A stretch of DNA of 64,000 nucleotides from assembly GCA_030141605.1 (NCBI GenBank), contig JAQGDQ010001012.1, positions 1 to 64,000 of the forward strand, in the 5' to 3' direction. The first letter of the stretch is position 1, and every line of letters starts with the position of its first letter. Of the stretch, positions 13,300-25,629 are shown one piece after another. Position numbers and translations under genes: made by a program. Below the pieces are notes generated by a model. The model was not told where the DNA came from. It did not search any database and saw only the letters and a program-made list of their open reading frames with translations. The DNA is from Tubiluchus corallicola (lineage: Eukaryota > Animalia > Priapulida).

Positions 13300-14620
13300 C
13301 AGAGCTTAAGCTTGCAGAATTGCTTCCCAATCCTGCACCACTACAGTATGTATATTATCTCAAATGCACAGCAGTCGACAAAAATGTAAAGGATAAAGAC
13401 AATATAAAGTTAAGTATGACAATAAAAAAATATTTGTCACAGCACTATCCGTTCATTCGATTCGAAACTCCCTGTAAAACTATTTAAAGGTAAAATCCAA
13501 GTACAGTTACCAGATGAAGAAAAAGCAACTAATTTTGTGAATAAGTGGCAACCAAGCTTCTTAGGAGACAATACTAAGACCTCGAAACCAGTTCACACCC
13601 ACGTAGGGTAGATGCCTGATTGCAAACCCGATTTATCGTGGAATGGAGTTAGGCAGGAAACCAGTAGATTATAGCATGATGTGAAAATAGATCAGACCAA
13701 AAAGAAGATTTGGAAGTGTATGCTCCTGGGAAAAACCACATATGGGTCACACAAAGAATTTTGGTGTGCCAAGACCACTGCGTTGCTTTAACTGCCAGCA
13801 GTACAATCACGTCCCTAAATGGTGTAAGAAAGCACTGGGCATCATAAAGGTGTAGATTCTATGACAAAAAAATTAAGATGTCAATTGCAAAGGCACACAT
13901 GATCAGATGATAAAAACTCTAATTTACACCAAGGAACTGAAACGTCGCTCATGTCACTCAAACACGTAAAACTAAAAGCCTGCCAATTAAATGTAAATAT
14001 TTCTCGGTAAGGTCAAGGGCAGCAATTGATAATTATGTTAACAGTTATTCGTGTGACATTGTACTGTACACGGAACAAAGGTTGATGATAATAATGTAAG
14101 TGACATAAACAACTTTCAAACATATATTAAATCGTCACATGGGTTATCTAGAGGCTGCACTTTGTTCATTAGGAAAAATTTAAAGACTTGAAGAGTGGTT
14201 GAGCTAGAAAATGCTAATGTTAATATAGTTTGGGCGTTTGTACATGTTGGTGGTCAAAGACTATTTTTTGAGTTGATATACACTTTATCAAAACATCTAC
14301 AGTTAATGCATACATTTTTAGTTAACTTTAAAGCAGTTCAACAATGTGCTATCCAGCACAGCATTAAAGGTGTGATTGCTGTTGGAGATTTTAATGTGGG
14401 ATACTTAACCTGTTGCAGATTTTAATGTGGGATACTTAACCTTGGACTTTCGTAATAATGAACACAGTCGATTACTAAACTGTGAGTGCAGTAAGCGGTA
14501 GTGACCTAGTGGTAACAGCTTCAAATAAAGAGACGTTTCAATTGTACAAAAGACATAATAGTAGGCTCCCAAGAAATAGCCACATAAATGGTATTTCACA
14601 GTCAGTTGGTGCAGAGATTG
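13300..14620 (+). mobile_element. Decayed I-group LINE 5' part (ORF1 zinc knuckle + APE endonuclease)
   Basis: PRPLRCFNCQQYNHVPKWC at about 13769-13825; LKACQLNVN at about 13972; GVIAVGDFN at about 14369. Confidence 0.7.
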
Positions 14621-15214
14621 AACTGTTTGCTGGCACTTAAAATGTCCTATACTTTAAAATCTATGAACAAGTGCAGATGTAAAGTAAAATTAAGCTCAAA
14701 ATGATTTTTAGATCAGATAATGTACAGATGCATTTACTTTGCAGTTATATTTTATTTTTATGAAACATTTCTATGTATTGTCCTATAATATAATACAAAA
14801 ATACACTCGTCAGTGTAAGGAGACAGTCGAATGTATTCTGTTTTTCGTTTGTTAGACCTAAAAAATTAGAAAGATATCGATAACAAAAGAAGATTTTGAC
14901 TCCTTCTTTTCTTTCACATCTTGTGGACCCAGTCCGCCCTGCTTACAGAGTTGACACTTGCACACTGATAAGACTGCTACTAATGTGTCTAATATAATAC
15001 AGTCAAACATTCAGCTAGTTGCAACACTCATAATTTGTGCTTTAACTAAGACCCATTTTTCCAATTTTCCAGTCCCATCTTTTTTGTAACAACGGTAGTT
15101 GGTTAGCATCTTAATTTAGAAAATCACCCAGAAATTTTGCATCTGGTTTCTTTTTTCACTAGTTATTCAGTGCTTTGCTGTCTTATTTGGTATTTCAGCA
15201 TCCATCTGTTTTAG

Positions 15215-16154
15215 GTGTCTTCTGATGAGGCAGAATTGATGATTCGACGAGATAGTATGCCTGATATCCCAGCACCCCCTGTACCAGTTTCCGATCAGGA
15301 ATATTACAATCTCATGCCACACAGCCAAAAGACTTCTGCAGCTGCAGCTCCTGTGGCACTGCCGATTCGTACTCCAAGAAATAAAAATGCTTCAAGTGAT
15401 GAACTACATAAAGTCATTCCTGCTCCACAGTTAGTCAATGGTACACAGACAAGTGCAGCAGATGAGTGGTACAAAGTGCCACGCAATCAGTCAAATGCTA
15501 ATACTACTGTGGCAGGACAGAATGAAGCTTTGGTTAAATTTAAAAAGCAACAAGAATATGACATCCCTCGTCCAGAGCAGTGCGACAGCAATCGAAGTAG
15601 TTGTGTTGATTTAGACAATATTGTGCCCACTGTTGCAGAACGACTAGATCAAGAAGAACCATATAAAGTGCCCAGGTCAGGTCCGCCAATGCCAGTATCT
15701 AATGAACCTGATGTGCATCTTCCTCCTCCACGACCACCCAAATCAAAACTTCAACTCACAGAGCAGTATGTGAACATTTTAGATTCTGTGCCACCAGTCA
15801 AACTTCAGGCAGATATTAGTCATTTTCTGGGTTATGATGTTCCTCGATTGCATTATGACATTCCACATTCAGCGTTAAGTGAAGGCAAACCAGTAGCACC
15901 ACCTCGGCCAGCAAAACCTAAGAAGATGAGTAGTACAACAAGTGCTGAGGAGTTGGATGTAAGTGCTTGTCCACCACTAATGACTACAGATTTGAAGAGT
16001 CTCAGCATTTCTCATAATCCCCAGCAGTCATACACTAATGCAGCGATAGCAGTGCCAGTCGAAGCAATGGCTGATAGTGTTCTGCCATCTCAAGTTGCTC
16101 CTCCTCCTGTGCACCGGGAACTTAATCCAAAAAGGATGTTTCTGAACTCTGCAA
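15215..16154 (+). CDS. GAB: Gab/DOS adaptor, large Pro/Tyr-motif exon
   Basis: ttttag|GTG ... A|gtgagt, phase 0 to 1. Five YxxP sites plus PPPRPPK, PPRPAKP and PPPVHRELNP (Gab Grb2-SH3-type motifs). Confidence 0.92.
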
Positions 16155-16481
16155 GTGAGTTTGTAGTGGTTAACTATTTTCATTTAACTAATGGTTTAGA
16201 AAAGCTAATATTTAACCACTTTAAAATTCATCAAATGTCAATGCTTTTTTCCAATAGAGTTAAAATTGTGTAACTCTCTGCATACTGCTGATTTTGATAC
16301 TATTCCTATAATGTTTTTATACCTATAAGTTTTAATACTTGTTTTATAAACAACTTTCTTGGCATTTCATTTTTCGGTGTTTATAAACTAGGACTTTCTG
16401 TAACCTCAAAAAAGCGACTCAAATTTGCATCATTGATCATTTCCTCTTTTCGTAACTACTGCATTTTGTGAATAGTATTTA

Positions 16482-18547
16482 CAGTGGACTCTCGTTATAA
16501 GAATCACCTCGGGAGAAGGCAAAGTGATTCTTATAACGAGCGATTCTTATAACGAGCATGACCCAGAATTGCTTTAAAATTTTTTTATGCACATAAAAAT
16601 TATTTATTTCCCGAAATTACGCTAGAAACGACATGAAACAGCATAATGTTTTTCTGGCCTAAAAAGGACTTAAAGATTCCTAGACTAATGTTTTTATTTC
16701 ATGGTTGGTTAAAATTTTTTTTAATGCACATAATTTTTTTTCCGAAATTGTGCTGGAGACGACAGAAAACTCTACATCTACTGCTTGAAAAATATCGATA
16801 GCTTGCTTTGCTTCATTTCTCCTCTGGTGAGGCGGTCAATTTCGGCTCCCAACCGTTTCAATTGAAGGTTGTCCTCGAAGCCTCGTGCCACCAATCCGAG
16901 TTTCAGCTTATTGAAGTGTTCCATCATTTCCTTCCGTGTGGGGATTGCAACTTCCTCTTTATCATCGCTGCTGTCACTGTCGTTCTCTGCCTTCTCGTGG
17001 TGGAACTGCCTCGCCACTTCTTCGACAATGCTTTCGTCTGTCATCTTCTCAGTCACTTGAAGGTCAACATCGATGTCGATGAATGCTTCCCACTGCTCCT
17101 GGGTAACATCCATCCATTGGGGCGGACAGAGCAGCGTCATCGATTGCTGGATCTTTCACATCGCCGTCATCCAGTCCTCCTCGTCACCAACAATTCACAA
17201 TGGTTTCGGTTTTGACAGATTCCCAAGCAACTTTCAGGTTCATCAGCGCGTCCAGAACATTGATTTTGTTGGCGAGTGTCATAGCATCTGATGCGCTTCC
17301 GTTGTCAATCTCATTTAGCACGGCCATCACTATGCTGCACCTAAAATGGGCTTTGAATGCCAGAATGATGCCCTGGTCCAGTGGTTGCAAGAGAGATGTC
17401 GTGTTTGGCGGCAAGAATGCCAACTCAATGTTGTCAAGCTGCACTTTTGGATGGGCTGAACAGTTGTCCAACAGCAGCAGCACCTTCTCTCCCTTGCGTC
17501 GAAGTTCTTGATCCCACTCTTGAAGCCATTCAGTGAAAAGCTGGCCTGTCATCCACGCTGTTTTGTTAGCTCTGTAGCGTGCTGGCAGCTTCTTTATGCC
17601 AGTGAAGCATCGTGGCTTAGCGCTCTTTGCAATGACGAAAGAAATTCTCTTCTCTCCCAGCTGACACAGAACAGAACAGTCAAACGTTCTTTGCTCTTCT
17701 TCCCTCCAGCCTTCTTTTCGTCCTTGAGTACGAATGTGTTGTCTGGAAGGGCGCGATGATAGAGGCCGGTCTCGTCACAGTTCCAGATTTGACGAGGAGC
17801 GTACTTCTTGCGAAGTTCAGGCCACACATTCACTAGCCAGTCATCTTTCCCCTCTGCGTCTGCTGCTGCCGCTTCTCCATGCAGTCGCTTGAAAATCAGG
17901 TCGTTTCGTTTCTTGAAATTGGTGAACCAGCCACCTGACGCCTTGAAATCAGCAATTCCGAATTCTTTGGCAAAGTTTTCGGCTTTTGCTTTGATGACTG
18001 GGCCTGAGAGTGGAGTGTCTTTGTCTCGTGCGTTTTTGATCCACATGTCCAGTGCCACTTCCAGCTCAATCCACTTCCCCATTCTCTTCCTCTTCAATGC
18101 TGGTGAAGTGCTGGACACGATATTGCGCTCCTTCAGGATCTTCGAGAGACACGACTGGTTGAGACCTTCGAAGCCTTGTCCAACCAACAGCTGCACAGCT
18201 TCTCGCTGGCCAACCCTCGGAAGCGCGTCATAAGCGGAGATGATTTTCACCTTATCACTCACACTTCTGCTTTTCTGTTTGGATGCCATTTTTCAACTGA
18301 CTGACACGCAAGCAAACAAATTTGAAATCTCTGTGGTGTCCGCCACGCCCACTGCGTAGAACCATGTAAGCAGGGCGTGAGAGACAATGGAGTTGGAGCC
18401 AAAATTGATTCTACTATCGAAAGAAGGGTGATTCTTATACGAGCGGATTTGCACTAGGAAAATGCCGATTCAATTCGGGAAACGCGATTTTGATTCTTAT
18501 ATCGAGCTGATTCTTATACGTGTGATTCTTGTAACGAGAGTCCACTG
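16482..18547 (-). mobile_element. pogo/Tigger DNA transposon, full length, frameshifted transposase
   Basis: 26-bp TIRs CAGTGGACTCTCGTTA(T/C)AAGAATCAC and TA TSDs (16480-81, 18548-49). CENP-B-type HTH and DDD motifs (CDETG, LLDNCSAH, QPLDQG) are split over ORFs 18289-17594, 17552-17184 and 17140-16778. Confidence 0.96.
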
Positions 18548-19072
18548 TACAGCTATTTGGAAAAATTAGTTGCAAGCAATTAGCCTATACGAGTTCACTG
18601 TCTGCAATCACCAAGTTTAACTAATGTTTGGACATATGGCTAGTATACAGACTGGACCATTATGAAACCTGAATACAGCATATTAACACTTAAATGGTTG
18701 TAACGGAACCCATTTCGTCAAGGGTAAACGTAGAATCAGATTAGAGTCAGAGTAAATATTTCTAGTAGCAAGTCAAGCTCAGCATCGCTTCAGTATTTAA
18801 GTGCACACAGTATGACAACAACCATTCACCTCGTAACATTTTCTACAGTTACCTTCACATTTTGTCCACTTAGCCAAAATTAGTAGCAATAGGTACTGCT
18901 GATGGAGTGAACTGATGAAAGTTTACAAACTAATGTCCCCAGTTACAATTCTTGAAATTTTATGATGTACATACCTCACAGACATTATTCATGTGGACAT
19001 AATAACAATACGGCATTGTTCACTATCCATTGTTTTTACTGAGCAGACTAAATGTTTTTGTTTCTTTTTTAG

Positions 19073-19130
19073 CTTCAAGCACCTCTACTTCTCCTCCTCA
19101 GACAAAAGCTACTACATTCACAAAGTCAAA
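19073..19130 (+). CDS. GAB: Gab/DOS adaptor, short coding exon
   Basis: Long polypyrimidine tract + AG and a gtaagt donor. Phase 1 to 2 bridges the flanking exons exactly (TSSTSTSPPQTKATTFTKS). Confidence 0.85.
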
Positions 19131-19712
19131 GTAAGTGCAAAAATTTTTAAAAGCTATTTCTTCTGTTGTTCCAGATGTGTTTACAAAAATGAAGTGTGGT
19201 GGAATAGTTGGCACTGGTGCTTGATTTCTTTTGTGTTCCTGAATGAGACAAGACAGTTACTGACGATGATACAAACAAAAATAAAGTTAAAATAAGAACA
19301 ACCTTATGCTTTAAAAAGATGCCGATTGTTCTTATATTAATGCTATTCTTGCTTGTATCACATACAGTGTGTTTAAATCACTGTAGTTAAAAAGGATCGA
19401 CACCTGTACTCATCACATATTAGGTTAAATTAGATTAAATGTATTTTTAACCTGATTAATATAAAGATTTTTCACCCAGTGTTACAATAACCTATTTATT
19501 TATTAATTTATTTTAAACGAACTGCACCAAACAAGGCCAATGCATGGGTACTGGGAACTTGAGGTACGGGGCTAAAATGGGAAATACCTGGTAAACCTGT
19601 TAATAAAAAATTTGTCAATTTTGTCAATTGTAACAAAATTGATTGAAAATTCTGTTCTAAATTTTTATCACTTATTAATGAGATGATGAAGCCAAAGACG
19701 TTAATATTTCAG

Positions 19713-19899
19713 TGGCTTAGCAAATGAAAGCACTAGAACAGAGGTACACTTACCACAGCGTGCTCAACGAGACTCCACTTCTGACTCCAGCACTGGTGGC
19801 AGTAACAGCTGCGTATTTGAAGATGATGAGTTTGCTACCATGGCAGGTGCAGTCAGTAATAAAAATAAAGCAAGTCTACCTAGTGAACAGCTGTACCAG
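19713..19899 (+). CDS. GAB: Gab/DOS adaptor, penultimate coding exon
   Basis: tttcag|T ... CAG|gtgaga, phase 2 to 0. Open frame GLANESTR...EQLYQ. Confidence 0.85.
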
Positions 19900-20553
19900 G
19901 TGAGATACTGGACTGTTGTTTTGATTATTTTGTCTAGTAAAATATGAACCTAAGTGACAAGTCAGATATAAAAGCCTCTGTCACTGTAGCCAAGTTCCTA
20001 CTGTAATATTTGATTTCATCCAGTTTTCTAAATGGGAACCTGGCATTGCATTTTGTCAAATGAAAACAAAACGATGAAATCAAAATTTGATTTGTAATGT
20101 AAACTTGTGTTTTTACCCTAATCATGTACTAATCCCGTAAGCTTTTGTAGGAAGCTTCTATAGGCCAGATGGTGTTGTAGAAAACTAAGGAAAGGGTGCC
20201 ATTTTCGAATCTAATAAGACAGTAGTTACAATTGTAATTTGTAATAAGTGTTTATTGGAAACCACCTGATTTCCAAGTAAATTTCATTTAATATAATTTT
20301 ATGCTTGTTTAGCTACATGTACTTATAGTGACACTTTGCTCCAACAGTTTAAAAAAATAAATCAGTAAAATATCAATACATTTTTACATACAGTAATCAC
20401 CAGCAAGCCAATGGTTTTTCAATATGCAATTCTTTCATTAGGCATACCTATACATGCATATACTAAATAATTTAACCTTTAGACATGGCAGTTGTATTGC
20501 ACCATTACTATGCTGCATTCCTAAAATCTTGACTCTTATGTGATTTTTAACAG

Positions 20554-20790
20554 AATAAAGTGCCTCCAGCGCCTCGTTTGGCTGGCACAGTAGAATACCT
20601 TGACCTGGACTTGGACATGCCAAGTGGAACAACGGTTGTAAAGTCGCCTCCAAAAACGCCCCGATCCCCAGATTCTCCAAGTGGAAGTTCCACCGGTGCT
20701 AGCACAGTTTACAAAACTGTGGACTTCGTGAAAACAAAGGCATTGAATGAAATCACTCAGAATCGAGAGCAGATGAGAAAGTCTCACTAA
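20554..20790 (+). CDS. GAB: Gab/DOS adaptor, last coding exon with SHP2/Csw-binding tandem tyrosines
   Basis: taacag|AAT; VEYLDLDL...TVYKTVDFVKTKAL then TAA. This is the diagnostic Gab/DOS C-terminus. Confidence 0.95.
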   Translation, partial: NKVPPAPRLAGTVEYLDLDLDMPSGTTVVKSPPKTPRSPDSPSGSSTGASTVYKTVDFVKTKALNEITQNREQMRKSH

Positions 20791-23700
20791 TCACTTGTCT
20801 TTTATGTTATTGTAAAACGTATATTTATTGCTTCTACTTAACTATTAAGGGTATAATGGTGTCTGCTGATAGATGATGTACTACACCTATGATCGTGCAC
20901 ATGTATGCAGCTTGTCGCTAGGAATGTGCTGTACTCTTAATGCAGCAGCTTGTACCTTAGGTTCGGCCTTTGCAGAAAATGTAGAAATGTGGCCCACTAA
21001 TGATTTACTGGAATGCGTGTATGTGCAGTCTTGGGATAAATCTTTAAATTTTGCTTTCATCAAGCTGCTTACTCGAAAATAGTGTTCTCCGAATCAAAAT
21101 TGTTTGTGCGCGATCATACAACCCATTAACCATTGCATATTTACTTCCAAGGTTGGCCTGCAGCCTTCACAGTATTACAGTTCTCAACATCCGTTAACGT
21201 ATCTTCAAAATCTGGCGATAATTTGCGCCAAGAACTAACTGCAGCTTTAAAGTTTTGCTGATAATGCTGGAGCTCATTAACTATTGTTCAAAGTTTTTGC
21301 AAAATCCTTTTGAGCAAAATTTTTAGGCCTAGTGTTTTTGTGCGTACATAAACTACATGGTATCTTACCTGTTACGCTCAGCTGTTATGAACAAGGTGTG
21401 TCGTACGCCTGTGGAACGCCTGAATTTGTTTTAGGTGCAGACTGAGTTGTGCTGTGACAAATACAACCCCAAGATTTTCAAAAAAACTAATTTGGCGCAA
21501 AGTATAATTTACAATGTACTGAATGTACAATACTTACTGAAAATATTTTTTTGTACATAAGAATTTAGTTTGAATTTAGGCTTACTATTTTCAAATTCAG
21601 TTACAAACCCAGTACATAAGTCAATAATGTAAGGTACGCTCCTATTAGGTGTAAATATGCTCCTAAATTTATACTGTAACAGTTACGTATGTATTGGCAT
21701 TTCTTGTAGTTCAAGTTGTGCTACAATAGTTTTGGGATAGCAGAAGCAAGTGCCCTTTAAACTAATTTGCTACCGATTGAAGTTCAATAGTATTTGAGTT
21801 TATATACCGGCCCAGACCTTTCTGGAAAAACTCTAAATATGTAACTATTTATATGTTTATAACTATTATAGTCTTAAATGCATACAATAAGCAAGTAAGC
21901 AGAAGTATTTTTGCTATTTAATAGATAACTGTAAGCATTTTTGCTTTATTAAATTTACTGTGTATACCTTCCTGGTTTCACTGTTTTTGAGAATTGGTGT
22001 ATTTTATATTTGAACAATGTAGGTATCCTGTAAATAACCAATTTAGCAATTGTTTCCCTTTTATGAGTGTTTGTTTATTAGGACAAAATAGCTAAATCTA
22101 GTTATTTTTTGTTGAAGTATATTTGTATCTTAAAGGAATACTTTTTAGTGACTAAAAAGTTTTTATTTGGCCTAAAGGTGCTAATGTTAAATTTTGATTT
22201 GTAGCCTTAATCAAGGAAAATATTACTTGTGGTGTGTTGTGGTAATGATGTGTGGTAGTGATAATGTTATATAAATTTAAATTTTATTGTGATTGTGAAA
22301 ATCTTATAAACCTAGTGACTATGTAAAATACACAGTTACTTAAACATAGTTTGACTTTTTAGTCATCTGGTTTGAATGTTGCATGATTCCTTTAATAATA
22401 ATTCCTAATTTGAAAGTCCAGTTGAAAATTGTTTGCTTTAAGTATATATGAAATCTGCCACTTTTGCTAAATTTAACCTATAAAATTTGGCTTTGTAAAT
22501 TTTGCTATGTTGAGCTAATTGCAAACGTTTATGTAGTTTGTTGAAATTATTGGAACATCGAAAATTTTCGTGTGATTATGTACTGATGGAATTACGATGT
22601 AGCTACATGTTTAATATTATCCATTCTGTTATTTTGTAGAAAATAGTTTTATAATAATTTATAATAATGAGCAGTTATTTATGCATCATTGTTCGGTTGT
22701 TATAATGCATAAACATTCAACATAGTCTTTGCTTACTGCTTCTCACATGGTAAAAAGGTAAGGGATAGCATATAACTTATATATTTATTATAACTCTCCC
22801 AAACACATTATTTCAGAAAATAAAAAATGGGTGTTCCAAGTAGCAATAGCATGCTGCTCGGAGGGAGAGGGGTGAAAAAGAACTTTGAAAAAATGCCGAC
22901 AGCCTGGAAGCTGTGACCGTTTGCGTATTTTAGACAGAGCTCCGCAAAGGCAAGATTGAAATTTGTTTGTTCAGCCTTTTGTCCTGCCCTTAGCAATGCT
23001 GCCTATTCAATATCAGCATTATGTTCAATTTTTAGTACATTTTAATCTCGCTAACCCTTGCTAACAACAATTCTAATGTCTAGTCTATACATATGGTGGT
23101 TTCCCATTTGATTCCCCGAAGGAAAATCCCGCGTTTTTTCCGCGCGGCTCGTTGAAATATAAAGCGGTTTTTACATAACTTCCATGCCACTTTCAGAAAT
23201 GGCGCCGTTTATTGTAAATGAATTGTTAGCACTGTATTTATATAGATCAAATCGTAAAATTGCTAGAAGGCGCAGGCGTACATCAGTGTATAAAGTATTG
23301 CAAAAGGACCATATTTTTTGAATAATAAATCCTTATTCGAAGAAAAGAAACATATAAAAAAGGTGCCTTTATGCAGACTCAGATGAACAATTTACATTTT
23401 CATATAACTAAACTTCATATATTCAGTTTCACACCATGTACAACACATAATTTAAAATACAGTACATGTACTTAGATTAAATGTGATTTTAAATGATTCA
23501 CAATGATTGTACACATGAATTAACTTTTTACTCATACGTAATGCATGTATGAGTAATACATGTAGTGTTTGTAAATTAATAATTATTTAGTGTGAAACTG
23601 ATCAGCTTTGTAAAAGACATTATTAGATATAATAAAAATAATCTAAATTTCTTTCAACCGAAGTTAAACAACAATAGCTAATGGTGTTATTCACTTCAAG

Positions 23701-25149
23701 AACTGCCACACCAAATTCACTACATCACATGCTGATTATAACAATGATGATGATGAGAACACAATACAGCACCAACACCAAAAGCACAGCATCATAGCGA
23801 AACCTTAGCTCTTTGACCCATCCACCAATGATCAGTAATGCACAGACATTCTGCACAGTGTTTGCAAACCTCCCTTTTGATCGTAATAGACTAACATAGT
23901 AACACTTATTATTGTAATAGCCAACAGCAGCTGCTGCTACTGAACTAAATTATAGGTGTGGCATCACAAGAGTAATGAGAAGCTGTGTTAAATAATGATT
24001 TTGATGAAATTGGCGATTAAATTATTTAGCTTAATAACTCAAGATTAAATGCTTGACAAGAAGCCTAGTTAGGCGTGGCATCACGTGACTAGCCGATCTT
24101 CGATCGGCTGACTGACTCATACTGATGAAACCCTTATGCGCAGAAGCTCATGGCGCATTAGAGAGTTAGTCAAAAAGCGTTTTGATGCCTGCACCTCGAG
24201 CAGATTAGGAACTGACTTGGAGACGGAGGGCAGGCATTATTATTTTATGATATTTACTGTGTTGTGTTTAATATTTAGTAAATATGTTGCTTCTTAACTC
24301 AGGTCTTGATAGTTTGCCATGCCCGTCGTGGCTGCTGACGCGCCACACTATAAACAACAATAATCAGCAAGCAGCTTTAACCACAAAATAAACAAACAAC
24401 CGAACTATTTTACTGTAAGATTCTTAATACAAGTTAAATAGTATAAGTGTCATGGGAATGACACCATGTACTTAACCAGCATACTTTGATTTACATAGTA
24501 GTAAGTTAACACCCGAACTATAATATTTGGCATTTTAGTACTGTACATGTGAGTTTTAGAATTAATTCAAAAAATAATAATTATGCTCTGTGAAACGCTT
24601 TAGCAGCATCTGTAAATAAGATGTGTACAAAAGTGTCCCTTGTAACATAACCCACAATTTGTTTTAGATATTACATTTCCGTGCCAAGTTTTTGTGTGAA
24701 GCCAAACTGATTAGGCATGGTTACAAAACAGGTTTTATAACTCCCCCAAAATAACGTTTTCCATAATTTTACAAGGAACTGCAGATAGACTAGAGCAATA
24801 GGCCTGAGGTTGGTTTTTGCAGTGATTTCGATTTTTCACTTTTGATACATGTAATTGGAACTAATCCTGACAATATAATAGAATCAGATACATAGCAATG
24901 TGTAATACATGATGAGTAAAGCAAGGCTAACAGAGTACTACTACTAGTAGTAGTAGTCGCAGTAGCAGGAGTAGTAATTTTTATTAACACGGTAAATAAA
25001 TCATTCTAATGAATTTCACAAAAAACCATCTCGAACACCCAGCGGATGAAACAAAGAGCTCCTGTGATTATTGTCTAACCGATAACAGTATTTTCAGTGA
25101 TAATTATCGGTGTTGCAGTTGTCAAAAAAAAATTTAAATTGGTAATGTC

Positions 25150-25625
25150 CAAATCATTGATTTTTTTCTTATTCCTCCGTTTTAGCACAGTCGCACAGAA
25201 CATAGGTTTCAGTCAGTGACCCCACAGGTGCATATGCAACATCTAATTTTGTGGGGTTTTTGACCAGCGGCCAGTCTTTATTGCCAGCCGATGAGAGGAG
25301 AGATGTAATCGCGCGACGTAGCTATAGGTTGATAGTCGTATATAGCAATGCTAAGAATACATATTTAGCGAAGGTAGTTTGTACAGTGACGTTTTCAATG
25401 GCAGCTTGCACTTCATTTGCAGAGAATCTATCAATAGCACAAATATTAGAGCTAAATTTAGTTTGTAGTTGTTCAGCGAGGTCCTCATTATTAACTGAAT
25501 TAAATAATTCCTTAAAATACGACCCCACATATCACAGTATTTTAGACTCTCTGGTTACGTCCTCAGTAATTTTATTGGAAATTAATCTTTCATTTAGTTT
25601 CGAATTTGACGACCTGACCAAATTT
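25150..25625 (-). mobile_element. Internally deleted LINE remnant
   Basis: Minus strand YFKELFNS...FSANEVQAAI (pre-RT region) is joined to ARLHLSSHRLAIKTGRWSK..CTCG (LINE C-terminal motif). Confidence 0.6.
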
Positions 25626-25629
25626 GACG

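Noticed and set aside
16808-18233. Plus-strand ORFs overlapping the pogo transposase
   Set aside because: Antisense shadows of a GC-rich coding sequence.
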